Assembly: GCA_030390025.1 (NCBI GenBank)
Contig: CM059431.1
Span: forward strand, 116,190,001 to 116,254,000
Source of the DNA: Squalus acanthias
Taxonomy: Eukaryota
Direction of reading: 5' to 3'
DNA length: 64,000 bases
The first letter of the stretch is position 1. Every line of letters begins with the position of its first letter. The notes below the pieces were generated by a model. It was not told the origin of the DNA, did not search any database, and was given only the letters and a program-made list of their open reading frames with translations. Made by a program: the position numbers and the translations under genes. This document shows positions 13,341 through 26,905 of this stretch, piece after piece.

Positions 13341-14587
13341 AATATGTCATCCGAGGAGTCCTCCAAGAATTTCAGTGAGGATCAAGAAAGTCAGGAGATC
13401 AAATAGAAATTATGGAACCGATATATACATAAAACCTAAAAACTCTGGAGAACTGCTTCATTTAAAAATAGTCTGATAATTTGTGAATAAAGTAGGTGAA
13501 TAAAGATAAATAGCTATTTGAATTACTACAACAATCATTCTAATCCATTCTTTATAGTGGCTGTAGGGGCCTCCAGAGAAAACAACATCATGCAGAAATA
13601 GAAAACTTGGAATTTATTAAATCTCCCAACCTTTTACAATACCCAGGGTGATACATAGTTACATGAATATCTAAATGGTGCATAATTACCTGGATTGCCA
13701 AAATAAATGCTTAAATGTGACCCTTTTTGTATTAACAATTTGAGGGCAAAATATTGGGATACGTTCTCACCAAGGCATGCTCACACAAGAATTGCCTAGA
13801 AAAATAGTTTCAATCGCACTGGTAATATCATCTTACCCATTGAACCAAACTACATGTAATACATGTTCAGAATATGTTGTTTTTGGTACAAATCAACATG
13901 AATCTCCAATATGGTTCAGGTGAAAGTGGGCAATGGGAGAAGGGGGAAACAACAGATAATCCATAGCTTGAAACTTTGGCTGGTGGATGGACAAATCCAA
14001 GAGCTGTTCACTCTTTAGCTCATTTGAACTTAACATTTCATTCCAGTGCTGATAACACTGCAAAGTGTGGACATTTGTAGCTCGTCCTGAATAATTCTGG
14101 TCTTCTACAATCTCTCCATAACTGTAGTAGTCCTCGGTCGAATGACACCAACGCTATTCAAAATTACATTAATAATCTCAAAACTATAATTGTACATTAG
14201 TGATCTAAATAGCATACTCTGCCAAAATTTGCATCACTCATGAACTATTAAATATTCTGCGTTCATGGAACTCATTTTCTATTTAAAATTGTTTCCCAGC
14301 GGGTCTACCCTATATCCTGTGCAAATAATTTAATTACATAAATACATATACTAGTGCTCAGTGGTTAAAATTAGCTGCTGTAAATTGAGAAAAATAAGCA
14401 GTGCATCATGACAACTGAATGTAGCAGTTACTGGATGTCTTAAAATATAAAGGTACATAGGTTGGACATCCCTATCATTTCTGGAAATACTCGCTTACTC
14501 CCTGGAACCAACAGAATATTACAATAAAAACAGAAAATGCTGGAAATACTCAGCAGGTCAGGCAGCATCTGTGGAGAGAGAAACAGA

Positions 14588-14624
14588 ATTAACATTTCAG
14601 GTCGATGACCTTTCCTCAGAAGTG
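14588..14624 (-). ncRNA. Minimal hammerhead ribozyme motif (degenerate)
   Basis: Reverse complement: actt-CTGAGGA-a-aggtc.atc.gacct-GAAA-tg-TT-aatt. Confidence 0.6.
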
Positions 14625-15274
14625 GAAAAAGTTGAAGATGTAAAAGGTTTTTAAGCGAGTGTAGGTGCAGGGAGAGGGGGGAGGGGAGGAAAGAACAAAA
14701 GGGAAGGTCTGTGAGAGGATGGAAGGCAGGAGAGATTAAGAGACAAAAAGGGATGATGGTGCAAGGCAAAAGGAGATGGTAATGGGACAAGTTAAGAAAC
14801 AAAAGATGACTCGAGATGAAGTGTAAATGGCATGGCAGGATGATCAACAGCTGCCATGTGAGAGAGAGGAGAAAATAAAATGATAGGGGCTGAGGTTATG
14901 GTCTGAAATTGTTGAACTCGATGTTGAGTCCAGAAGGCTGTAAAGTGCCTAATCGAAAGATGAGGTGCTGTTCCTCGAGTTTACATTGAGCTTCATTGGA
15001 ACAGTGTAGGAGGCCGAGGACAGAGACGTCAGAGTGGGAGTGGAGCGGAGAATTAAAGTGACAGGCGACCGGAAGCTCGGGGTCACCCTTATGGACTGAA
15101 CGGAGGTGTTCCGCAAAGCGGTCACCCAATCTGCGTTTGGTTTCCTCAATGTAGAGGAGACCGCATCATGAGCAGCGAATACAGTATACTAAAACGCAGA
15201 TTGGGTGACCGCTTTGCGGAACACCTCCATTCCCTACACTTGCTTAAAAACCTGTTCCTTCTCCAACTTTTTTC

Positions 15275-15311
15275 AGTTCTGACGAAAGGTCATCGACCTG
15301 AAACGTTAACT
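15275..15311 (+). ncRNA. Minimal type I hammerhead ribozyme motif
   Basis: agtt-CTGACGA-a-aggtc.atc.gacct-GAAA-cg-TT-aact: stems I and II pair, palindromic ACGT stem III. Confidence 0.82.
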
Positions 15312-16916
15312 TTGTTTCTCTCACTGCAGATGCTGCCTGACCTGCTGAGTGTTTCCAGCATTTTCTGTTTTTATTTCAGATTTCCAGCATCTGCAGTTTT
15401 TTGCTTTTGTAAAAATATTACAATACTTCAGGTAAATAAATGGCAGAAAATTGATGATGTAACAAGGAAAAATAATAGACGTGACCGATTAACCTTGCGT
15501 GCCTTGTTCTTTCCAGCCGTGAAAATTAAATTTGTGTCATTGGGATCTTAGTTGCTTCATTGAGAGACTCAATTTGATTACAACATACCTAGAGGCGTTT
15601 GTGTTATGAGCCATATTGTGAGACATTTTATGTGGTGCTTTGTTATAAAATAAATGCATTGTTCTTTATTTTTGCTACATTAGTGGAATTTTGTGCCTGT
15701 ATAAATTAGACAATTTAAACCAAATATTGATTCTATTCACACACACGCAACAGAAACAAACTTGAAGCGAATGTGCTTGTAATTTTCATCAAATCTAGAG
15801 TTTGTTCTTTTTTTCAAATAAATATCATCTACTGGTAGAATTTGGGATAAAAAAAGATGCATCCCCAAGATGCAGTGAATCATACACCACAGAAGGCGGC
15901 CGTTTGGTCTATCATGCGTGTGCCAATTATTCCCACACCCCCACTCTTTCCCCATAAGCCTGCAAATGTTTCCTTTTCAATTATATATCCAATTATCTTT
16001 TGAAAGTTACTATTGAATCTGCCTCCACCACACTGGAGTAATGGCAGGGTGGGACTTCTGGTCACTCCTTGGGCCGTGATTTTATCGGCACTGAGAGGGC
16101 GGGGTTGGAGGTGGGTCAAAGGGTAAAATCGTTTTGATTGACCTGCCTCCAAACAATTTTCCCAAGTGTTGGGTCCCCGATTTGCGCATGGACCTGGCAC
16201 CTAGCGGCGGGAAGAGGATTAACGCCAATTACCTGCCTATCAACGGGTAGTTGATAGTAGTTGACAGGCTATTTTTGAATTTTGCCACTTCTGCCTCGGG
16301 TTTTCCGATGTCCGGAGACCACGCCAGGTAAGTGTGGCGTGTTGTGAGTCTGCTGTAATGTTTCTGGATTGATGATAGCTGCAGAAGTGGTGTGAAGGAT
16401 CCAATGGTGAGTCTCCGAGGAAAGAAAATGTTGGGAAAATTATTTTTAATGCATTTACACATTTCTTCAGGTAATAAGTTTTGAAATCCATGTCCAGTGC
16501 CACCTCATTGGGAGAACCTCTCTCACCAGTGACAGATCCCTTCTGTCACCTCACCTGCAGCTGCCATCTATTCCAGCCTATGGAGGGAGTCATTGGAGAG
16601 CCTTGGTGCAAGAGCCCACCTTTGTACAGTGATTGTCAGTGTTTGCAGCAACTCAATGCTGTCAAATACTGAAAAATCAGCTGTAAAAAAAAAATTGTGC
16701 ATGGTCCCTTTAAGAAAACCGGCAGATGACGCGTCATCAAATTATCCGGCAAGCCCGCAGGGCGGGCTTAACAAGGCCAATCAATGTAAAACCACATCTG
16801 TGGGCTGGATGCAGTTGGGGGTGGGACTGAAAGCCGGAAACCGCCTGACCCGCACCCAACCCGCCTCCAATGAAAAAATCGCAGCCTTTGACTCCGCCCT
16901 GGACATGACCCATTTT

Positions 16917-17250
16917 CATAAAGAAAGAAAAGAATGACGTGCATTTATATAGCGTCTTTCATGACCTCAGGCCATCCCAAAGCACTTGATAGCCAATGAA
17001 GTACTTTTGAAGTGTAGTTACTGTTGTAATGTAGGAAACGCAGCAGCCAATTTGCGCACAGCAAGCTCCCACAAACAGCAATGTGATAATGATCAGTTAA
17101 TCTGTTTTAGTGATGTTGATTCAGGGATAAATATTGGCCAGGACACCAAGGATAACTCCCCTGCTCTTCTTTAAACTAGTGCCATGGGATCTTTTATGTC
17201 CACCTGAGAGGGTAGACAGGGCCTTGGTTTAACGTCTCATTCGAAAGATG
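16917..17250 (-). mobile_element. DeuSINE (SacSINE1-like), 5'-truncated
   Basis: Reverse complement of the SINE core and tail seen at 710-1012. Confidence 0.85.
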
Positions 17251-18180
17251 GGTAGGGATCATTTGGCATGTAGATTGGGCTCCTGGTGGGATTCCTGCAG
17301 TCAAGAGGGAGCATGCCAGTGCTGAAGAGGAAAATTAAGTTGGACCACCACTGTAGCACCAGAAAAGGCAGCAAGGAAAATTAAAGAGACAGTACAGCCC
17401 CAAAGCTGAAGTAATCTCCTGGCTTTCTGGGGCTTGGAAGAGACCAAGACCTACAAAGGTAAATGTATAGGGGCCAGATTGGAGGGAGAAGGAGCCCTTT
17501 TCCTCCATCTGCAAAATTCGCCACTTCCCCGCGGGTGCTGGATGGGAAAGGGGCAGTCAGTGATGGTCCTGGTGGGGGTGGGAGAAGGGAATTGAAACTT
17601 GGTGGGGAGGAGGCAGTAAAAGTCAACATTAAGTTGGACTAAAATCTATGGCTTAGAAATTCGTCTCGAGCGGTCAATGGAACTGAATATCAGGCACTGC
17701 GTATAATGGGCGGCCGATCCGAAACCACCCGTTCTGCACCACTGCCCGAGACAAACTCCTAGGCCGATATATCTATCTGTTTGCTTTGGAAACTTCCTGG
17801 TAGAGTGATGCAATGACCCATCTTCTATTGCCTGGGATGGCTGAGCAGTTAGCCATAATGGTAGCGCAACTGTATCATTTGGTGATGAGAAAGAAATTAT
17901 TGTTTCCAAAGCCGGCAGTGAATAATTCCATAAGGGCCCACCTTCAGGCGGCAGGCTCTCTTATGCAAATCAGGGTCCTATGATATACATAGAAGCCCGA
18001 TTACCATTTTAGGACTCAATTGAGCAGTGCCTATTCCGTGCACGCATCGCTCACTTCCACCTGAAGGAGAGCCCAGAAGGTAAGCTTCAATTTATTTTCG
18101 CAGGACCGTGCCCAAGAATGGGCCTCCCCACCCGCCTTCCACTTGTGGACCCACCTTTCTCCAAGTCCGGGGGGGGTGAT

Positions 18181-19571
18181 AGAACAGTACAGCACAGTAC
18201 AGGCCCTTCGGCCCTCGATGTTGTGCCGAGCATTGTCCGAAACCAAGATCAAGCTATCCCACTCCCTATCATTCTGGTGTGCTCCATGTGCTTATCCAAT
18301 AACCGCTTGAAAGTTCCTAAAGTGTCCGACTCCACTATCACAGCAGGCAGTCCATTCCACACCCCAACCACTCTCTGAGTAAAGAATCTACCTCGGACAT
18401 CCCTTCTATATCTCCCCCCATGCACCTTATGCCTCCTTGTAACAGCTACATCCACCTGAGGAAATAGTCTCTGAACATCCACTCTATCTATCCCCCTCAT
18501 CATCTTATAAACCTCTATTAAGTCGCCTCTCATCCTCCTCCGCTCTAAAGAGAAAAGCCCTAGCTCCCTCAATCTTTCCTCATAAGACCTCCCCCCCAAA
18601 CCAGACAGCATCCTGGTAAATCTCCTTTGCACTCTTTCCAATGCTTCCACGTCCTTCCTATAGTGAGGTGACCAGAACTGCACACAATATTCCAAATGTG
18701 GTCTCACCAAGGTCCTGTACAGTTGCAGCATAACCTCACGGTTCTTAAACTCAAACCCCTTGTTAATAAACGCTAACACACTATAGGCCTTCTTTACTGC
18801 TCTATCCACTTGAGTGGCAACCTTCAGAGATCTGTGGATATGAACCCCCAGATCCCTCTGTTCCTCCACGTTCCTCAGAACCCTGCCGTTGACCCTGTAA
18901 TCCTTATTCAAATTTGCCCTACCAAAATGAATCACCTCGCACTTATCAGGGTTAAATTCCATCTGCCATTTTTCGGCCCAACTCTGCATCCTATCAATGT
19001 CTCTTTGCAGCCTACAACAGCCCTCCACCTCATCCACTACTCCACCAATCTTGGTGTCATCAGCAAATTTACTGATCCACCCTTCAGTCCCCTCCTCCAA
19101 GTCATTGATAAAAATCACAAACAGCAGAGGACCCAGCACCGACCCCTGTGGCACACCGCTGCTAACTGGTCTCCAGTCCGAAAATTTTCCATCCACCACC
19201 ACCCTCTGCCTTCTATGAGATAGCCAGTTACTTATCCAATCAGCCAAATTTCCCTCTATCCCACAACTCCTTACTTTCTTCATGAGCCGACCATGGGTAA
19301 CCTTATCAAACGCCTTACTAAAATCCATGTATACAACATCAACTGCTCTACCATCATCTACACATTTAGTTACCTCCTCAAAGAATTCAATCAAATTTGT
19401 TAGGCAAGACTTACCCTTCACGAATCCGTGTTGACTATCCCGGATTAAGTTGCATCTTTCCAAATGGTCATAAATCCTATCCCTCAGGCCCTTTTCCATT
19501 ATCTTACCAACCACCGAAGTAAGACTAACCGGCCTATAATTACCAGGGTCATTCCTATTTCCTTTCTTGCA
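18181..19571 (-). mobile_element. Young 5'-truncated CR1 LINE
   Basis: Uninterrupted RT frame; GTGAT duplicated at 18176-18180 and 19572-19576. Confidence 0.93.
18249..19570 (-). CDS. CR1 ORF2 reverse transcriptase (partial)
   Basis: PGNYRPVSLTS, QHGF, YMDFSKAFDKV, GVPQGSVLGP, KFADD; the first ~19 aa of the listed ORF come from flanking DNA. Confidence 0.9.
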
Positions 19572-19814
19572 GTGATCTGGAGCCGGCGAGCTGCTCGGGG
19601 GTGCTCGTTTTCTGCACACAGCTCGCAAGCCCCAAATGAGGCCCAGCCACCCAAAAACTGTACGGGAGGAGATTCTACGCCATATTCCTGGGGATTATGG
19701 CCCCAATATTAATCTAAAGGCAGCTTCCTAGCAGGGGGGTGGAATTGCGTTGTGGAACATGGAAGTCAACTGAATGATTTGGAATCAGCGGTCTAAACTG
19801 CCTTCTGTTGCCTA

Positions 19815-20050
19815 GGCCCTAAGCTCTGGAATTCTCTGCTTAAATCTCTCCGCCTCGCTACCTCTCTCTCCTCCTTTAAAATGCTGCTTAAAACCTTCCT
19901 CTTTGACCAAGCATTTGGTCACTTGCCCTAATTTCTCCTTATGTGGCTCGGTGTCAATCTTTTGGTCTTTTAATACTCCTGTGAAGCAGCTTGGGACATT
20001 TTACTACATTAAAAGTGCTATATAAATACAAGTTGTTGTTGTTGTTGTTG
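19815..20050 (+). mobile_element. L2 3' UTR fragment with short (GTT)n tail
   Basis: Matches the reverse complement of 8971-9185. Confidence 0.8.
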
Positions 20051-22020
20051 AATTGTAACAATTCATATTGTTCTACGGGTTTCACATCTCAAGCTGCGCA
20101 GCGGGTGTGATGCGCACCAGCATGATGCGATCTAAGCTGTATTGAAAGGGACAATGCACAAATGGAAATTGGAGCTGTTTAGGATGGACAGTGGACATAG
20201 AACAAGGGCAGCAGCACCAAGATTTAATGAAGCCTCGCAGGAATCACTGCTGGGTGCAGTCAGGAGCAGGATGGACAGACTTCTCCCCAGCAATGGGAGG
20301 AAGCAAACCTGCTGCTCTCACCAAGAAGGCATGGTTGGAGGTAGCTGAGGAGGTGAGCAGCAGAAGCGTTGTGCCCAGGTGTTGGATGCAATGTAAGAAG
20401 CCATTTAATGACCTCACCAGGTCAGGAATAGTGAGTACATTTGCTGAATCAACTACACCCTGTGCTTTAAGCCCCCGCCCCCTTTCACTTTGTCTTGCTA
20501 AGCGTTCTCCATCACATCACTCCTCCACACCCCCTCAACTTTCAGCAGCACCCAGCCTTCTTTTGATGCACTTCATCATCTCCTCATTTATCCATCCACT
20601 GTTGCCACCCACCCCAATCCTTATGCAATGTGATGCATCTGTCTCATAGTCACCCTCACTGAATGCACTGCATCCCTCCCCTTCACTCACTCACAGGTCT
20701 GTTTTTTCGCACTTTGTAGGAGAAGAGAGCGCAAAACGCAAAGAAGAGGGAGAGGACTGGAGGTGGGCCTGCCACAAGTAGCCCAGCTCACAGATGCAGA
20801 GGTGGAGATAAGTAGCACATCTGCGTCCCTCTCAATCGGAGATGGAGAGACAGGGGGCTTGCAGATAGCTGGTGCCAGAACTACAAATATCTCTGACACA
20901 CATATGCTGATTGTATTTCATCAATGACTGAACTATGAGAAGATTGAAAATGGTGATTGTCAAGGTTGTGACTTTGCCACGACTAAATCATATCCCATTC
21001 CTTTTGTCTTCAAGGGCCTTCACGCATAAAGCAAGTGTCACAGTACATCCATGAGAAAAATTCCTTAGAGGAGCTCATTTCTTCTGAGGGTGCACCATCA
21101 CAGGACATACAGCCATGCACCTGCGCAGATACTTGCACTTCGATGGGTCCACTGAGAGAGTTAGTTGGATTTTCACCTGCTGATTCACACCTCACAAGAC
21201 ACTGGTGGCAGGGACAGCTGCAGAGACTCCATGTCGAGGGGTGCAATCCTCTCCAAGCTCTGCTCAGTTGGACACAGAAGCTGAAACCCGGGGGCTATCG
21301 TTGAGCAGGAGAATGCTAGAGGTGCATCAACAACTTAGCCAGATACTGACAGATCTGTCATGCACACTCCCTACAATAGCAAAAAGGATGGAGGAGTCCA
21401 ACTTGATCGCTGGTGGACTGGTGGTGCAGGGAATTACGAGAATGTCTGCCATGGAGAGAAAGAGTGCCTCCATGGAGCTTCAAGCATGGCTCTCAAATGA
21501 GTCCTGCAGGCCATGGCCACGGCCATGCAGGAGATGTCTGCCACCTTAAACAGGATGACAGACACCGTATCCGTGGCTAACAACGTGTCACTTATCTCCA
21601 CCAAGTTGGTCTGCAAGCAGAGTAGTAGGAGGAATGTTGCACTGGCCCAAGAGAGGGATGATGGTGAAAGGATGAATGGAAGTGGGAACTTCACTCAAAG
21701 CGCTCTCACTTAGAATCATAAAATCAGAGAAATTTACGGCACAGAAGGAGGCCATTCGGCCCATCATGTCCGTGCCAGCCAAAAAAGAGCTATCCAGCCT
21801 AATCCCACTTTCCAGCACTTGGTCCGTAGCCCTGTAGGTTACGACACTTCAAGTGCATTTCCAAGTACTTTTTAAATGTGATGAGGGCCTCTGCCTCTAC
21901 CACCCTTTCAGGCAGTGAGTTCCAGATCAACACCACCCTCTAGATGAAAAAAGTTCTCCTCAACTCTATAATCCTTCGACCAATTACTTTAAATCTATGC
22001 CCCCAGGTTATTGACCTCTC

Positions 22021-22931
22021 ATAAGAACATAAGAACATAAGAAATAGGAGCAGGAGTAGGCCATTCGGTCCTTCGAGCCTGCTCCGCCATTCAATGAGAT
22101 CATGGCTGACCTTCTGCCTCAACTCCATTCACCGGCCCTATCGCCATATCCCTTGATGCCCTTACTAGTCAGAAATCTATCGACTTCTGTTTTGAATATA
22201 CCCAATGACTGAGCCTCCACAGCCCTCTGGGGTAAAGAATTCCAAAAGATTCACCACCCTCTGCGTGAAGAAATTTCTTCTCATCTCAGTCCTGAATGGC
22301 CTACCCTTTATCCTGAGGCTGTGGCCCCTGGTTTTCGACTCCCCAGCCAAGGGAAACATTCTCCCAGCATCCACCCTATCAAGCCCTATAATAATGTTGT
22401 ATGCTTCAATGAGATCCCCTCTCATTCTTCTGAATTCAAGAGAATACAGACCTAGTTTACTCAATCTCTTCTCATACGACAGTACCGCCATCCCAGGAAT
22501 CAATCTCATCGAACCTTCTATGGCAAGTATATCCTTCCTTAGGTAAGGAGACCAAAATTGTACACAATACTCCAGGTGTGGTCTCACCAAGCCCTAGATA
22601 ATTGGAGTAAGACTTCTTTACTCCAGTACTCAAATCCTCTTGTAATGAAGGCCAGCATACCATTTGCCTTCCTAATGGCTTGCTGCACCTGCACATTCAC
22701 TTTCAGTGACTCATGTACAAGGACACCCAGGTCCCTTTGAGCATCTGCATTCCCCAATCTTTCACCATTTAGGAAATACTCTACATTTCTGTTTTTTCTA
22801 CCAAAGTGGATAACTTCACATTTATCCACATTATATTCCATCTGCCATGTTCTCACCCACTCACTGAGCCTGTCGAGATCCCCTTGAAGCCTCTTCACAT
22901 CCTCTTCACAACTGACACTGCCACCTAGCTG
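22021..22931 (-). mobile_element. 5'-truncated CR1 nested in CR1
   Basis: VRPHLEYCVQFWSP..RRMRGDLIE; (ATAAGAAC)n tail on the + strand. Confidence 0.85.
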
Positions 22932-23281
22932 TCTGCTAAGGGAAATAGGCCCTTCCTATCCACTCTATCTAGGCCCCTCATAATTTTATACACCTCAATT
23001 AAGTCTCCCCTCAGCCTCCTCTGTTCCAGAGAAAACAATCCCAGCCTATCCAATCTTTCCTCCTAGATAAAATTCTCCAGTCCTGGCAACATCCTCATAA
23101 ATCTCCTTTGTATCCTCTCTAGTGCAATCACATCTTTCCTGTAATGTGATGACCAGAACTGTACGCAGTACTCTAGCTGTGGCCTAACTAGTGTTTTATA
23201 CAGTCCAAGTATAACCTCCCTGCTCTTATATTTTAAGAAGTCGCACAACACCAGGTTATAGTCCAACAGATTTATTTAATT

Positions 23282-23320
23282 TTACAAGCTTTCGGAACAG
23301 TTCGCTCCTTCGTCAGGTAA
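23282..23320 (-). ncRNA. Minimal hammerhead ribozyme motif
   Basis: Exact reverse complement of 25589-25627. Confidence 0.82.
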
Positions 23321-23542
23321 GTTAGCAGTGAGAGAATCTCCCAGAATTCACAATTTAAACACAGACAAAATATATTCAAATCTTTCCTACATCAAAGAGC
23401 ACAGCCAAGACAATGAGATGTGTCCCAGGGGGTCCAACGTGTCAAACCACCTGCTGGCTGCATATCCTGTCAATCTGTGTAGGTTCTTGTGTTAGTCTTT
23501 TTAAAAAAAAAAACACCTGGGAAGACCGGCCATGATGTCAAG

Positions 23543-24758
23543 TCACGTTCTGTATCGTGACATGAACCCGATATCGCGATTGAGGCCATCCTCATGAGTG
23601 CGGAACTTGGCTATCAGTTTCTGCTCTATGATTTTGCGCTGTCGTGTATCTCGAAGGCCGCCTTGGAGAACGCTTACCCGCATATCCGAGGCTGAATGCC
23701 CCTGGCTGCTGAAGTGTTCCCCGACTGGGAGGCAACCCTCCTGCCTGGCGATTGTTGCGCGGTGTCCGTTCATACGTTGTCTCAGTGTCTGCATGGTCTC
23801 GCCGATGTACCATGCTCTGGAGCATCCTTTACTGCAACGTATCAGGTAGACAACGTTGGCCGAGTCACATGAGTATGTACCATGTACCTGGTGGGTAGTG
23901 TCCTCACGTGTGATGATGGTATCTGTGTCCATGATTTGGCATGTCTTGCAGAGGTTGCCGTGGCAGGGTTGTGTGGTGTCTTGGTTGCTGTTCTCCTGAA
24001 AGATGGGTAATCTGCTGCGAACGATGGTACTTTTGAGGTTAGGTGGCTGCTTGAAGGCGAGTAGTGGAGGCGTGGGGATGGCCTTAGCAAGGTGTTCGTC
24101 GTCATCGATGACATGTTGAAGGCTGCGAAGAACATGGCGTAGTTTTTCCGCTCCGGGGAAGTACTGGACGACGTAGGGTACTCTGTTGGTTGTGTCCCGT
24201 GTTCGTCTTCTGAGGAGGTCTATGCGGTTTTTCGCTGTGGCCCGTCGGAACTGTCGATCGACGAGTCGAGCGTCATATCCCGTTCTTACGAGGGCGTCTT
24301 TCAGTGTCCGTAGGTGTCCATCGCGTTCCTCCTCGTCTGAGCAGATCCTGTGTATTCGCAGGGCTTGTCCATAGGGGATGGCTTCTTTAACGTGGTTAGG
24401 GTGGAAGCTGGAGAAGTGGAGCATCGTGAGGTTGTCCGTGGGCTTGCGGTAGAGTGAAGTGCTGAGGCGTCCGTCTTTGATGGAGATTCGTGTGTCCAAG
24501 AATGAAACCGATTCTGAGGAGTAGTCCATGGTGAGTTTGATGGTGGGATGGAACCTGTTGATGCTATCGTGTAGTCCTTTCAGTGATCCTTCGCCGTGGG
24601 TCCAAAGGAAGAAGATGTCGTCGATGTATCTGGTGTACAGCGTTGGTTGGAGGTCCTGTGCAGCGAAGAAGTCTTGCTCGAACTTGTGCATGAAGATGTT
24701 GGCATATTGGGGTGCGAATTTGGTCCCCATGGCTGTTCCGTGTGTTTGGGTAAAAAAA
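23543..24758 (-). CDS. PLE RT (partial) + Zn knuckle + GIY-YIG endonuclease
   Basis: GTAMGTKFAP, YTRYIDDIF, FLDT, LYRKPT, CHGNLCKTC, VVYLIRC..WYIGET; no stops, 5'-truncated. Confidence 0.93.
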
Positions 24759-25366
24759 CGGAAAAACTACGCCATGTTCTTCGCAGCCTTCAACATGTCA
24801 TCGATGACGACGAACACCTTGCTAAGGCCATCCCCACGCCTCCACTACTCGCCTTCAAGCAGCCACCTAACCTCAAAAGTACCATCGTTCGCAGCAGATT
24901 ACCCATCTTTCAGGAGAACAGCAACCAAGACACCACACAACCCTGCCACGGCAACCTCTGCAAGACATGCCAAATCATGGACACAGATACCATCATCACA
25001 CGTGAGGACACTACCCACCAGGTACACGGTACATACTCATGTGACTCGGCCAACGTTGTCTACCTGATACGTTGCAGTAAAGGATGCTCCAGAGCATGGT
25101 ACATCGGCGAGACCATGCAGACACTGAGACAACGTATGAACGGACACCGCGCAACAATCGCCAGGCAGGAGGGTTGCCTCCCAGTCGGGGAACACTTCAG
25201 CAGCCAGGGGCATTCAGCCTCGGATATGCGGGTAAGCGTTCTCCAAGGCGGCCTTCGAGATACACGACAGCGCAAAATCATAGAGCAGAAACTGATAGCC
25301 AAGTTCCGCACTCATGAGGATGGCCTCAATCGCGATATCGGGTTCATGTCACGATACAGAACGTGA
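24759..25366 (+). CDS. Duplicated PLE Zn knuckle + GIY-YIG (partial)
   Basis: Protein identical to the C-terminus of 23543-24758. Confidence 0.85.
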
Positions 25367-25588
25367 CTTGACATCATGGCCGGTCTTCCCAGGTGTTTTT
25401 TTTTTTAAAAAGACTAACACAAGAACCTACACAGATTGACAGGATATGCAGCCAGCAGGTGGTTTGACACGTTGGACCCCCTGGGACACATCTAATTGTC
25501 TTGGCTGTGCTCTTTGATGTAGGAAAGATTTGAATATATTTTGTCTGTGTTTAAATTGTGAATTCTGGGAGATTCTCTCACTGCTAAC

Positions 25589-25627
25589 TTACCTGACGAA
25601 GGAGCGAACTGTTCCGAAAGCTTGTAA
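25589..25627 (+). ncRNA. Minimal type I hammerhead ribozyme motif
   Basis: ttac-CTGACGA-a-ggagc.gaact.gttcc-GAAA-gc-TT-gtaa. Confidence 0.82.
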
Positions 25628-26440
25628 AATTAAATAAATCTGTTGGACTATAACCTGGTGTTGTGCGACTTCTCATTTTTGTCCACCCCAGTCCAACGCC
25701 GGCATCTCCACATCATGACTTATATTTTAAGCCTCGGCTAATAAAGGAAAGCATCCTGTATGCCTTCTTAACCACCTTATCTACCTGTCCTGCTACCTTC
25801 AGGGATCTGTGGACATGCACTCCAAGGCCTTCTGTTCCTCTACACTTCTCAGTATCCTACCATTTATTGTGTATTCCCTTGCCTTGTTAGTCCTCCCCAA
25901 ATGCATTAAGTCACACTTCTCCGGATTGAACTCCATTTGTCACTTTTTTGCCCACTTGACCAGCCCATTGATATCTTCCTTCAGTCTACAGCTTTCTTCT
26001 TAACTATCGACCACACAGCCAATTTTTGTGTCATCTGGAAACTTTTTAATCATGCCCCCTACATTGAAGTCTAAATCATTGATATATACCACAAAAATCA
26101 AGAGACCTAGTTTGAGCCCTGCGGAATCCCACTGGAAACAACTTTCCAGTCACAAAAACCCCCGTCGACCATTACCCTTTGCTTCCTGCCACTGAGCCAA
26201 TTTTGGATCCAACTTGCCACTTTCTCTTGGATCCCATGGGCTTTTAGTTTTCAGACCAGTCTGCCATGAGGGATCTTGTCAAAAGCCTTGCTAAAATCCA
26301 TGTAGACTACATCAAACGCGCTACCCTCATCAACCCTCCTTGTTACCTCCTCAAAAAATTCAATCTGTTAGTCACGCACGACCTTCCCTTAACAAATCCA
26401 TGCTGACTGTCCTTGATTAATCCGTGTCTTTCTAAATGAT

Positions 26441-26905
26441 AGCCAAGTTCTAAACTGATAGCCAATGAGGACGGCCTCAACCGGGATCTTGGTTTCATGT
26501 CACACTACATGACGTAGAGTCATCCAGACTCGAGTCGTCGTTGTCTTGTTCACAGATGTGATTTCCAGTTTTAAAAAAAGTCAAAAGCTTAACTGCAGAC
26601 TGCAGCATTTGACACATTGGACCCCCAGTGACCCCACCTCATTGTCTTAGCTGTATTTTGCTGTGTCTTTGATGTAATGCCTTCCTGACTGATTGTATCT
26701 TTGCCGAGGTGTGATGGAGGGCAGTCAGAAACACATTGTTCTCTGTCTATATATGCTTTGCTGATTTATATTCCCTCACTTTACCTGACGAAGGAGCAGC
26801 GCTCCAAAAGCTCGTGATTTCAAATAAAACTGTTGGACTATAACCTGGTGTTGTGCGACTTCTCATTTTTGTCCACCCCAGTCCAACACCGGCATCTCCG
26901 CATCA
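26441..26905 (+). mobile_element. Penelope-like 3' fragment (family A relative)
   Basis: EDGLNRDLGFMSHY end, pLTR and tail; TSD TTTCTAAATGAT at 26429-26440 and 26906-26917. Confidence 0.88.
26781..26817 (+). ncRNA. Hammerhead motif with GAAA>AAAA core mutation
   Basis: ttac-CTGACGA-a-ggagc.agc.gctcc-AAAA-gc-TC-gtga. Confidence 0.65.

Larger units (their letters stand above)
14527..15413. mobile_element. Penelope-like element (family B), inverted pair of 3' ends
   Basis: Minus arm encodes a GIY-YIG C-terminus (YCIRCS..YIEETKRRLGDRFAEH..VACHFN..GLNIEF); plus arm from ~15191 with an internal deletion; 12-bp TSD AATATTACAATA at 14515-14526 and 15414-15425. Confidence 0.88.
23238..25718. mobile_element. 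Young Penelope-like element (Neptune-type, family A), inverted pair
   Basis: ~915-bp inverted arms 23236-24150 and 24759-25673; 13-bp TSD CTTATATTTTAAG at 23225-23237 and 25719-25731. Confidence 0.95.

Noticed and set aside
24596..25366. Novel 256-aa endonuclease gene
   Set aside because: N-terminus is antisense RT sequence read across the inversion junction
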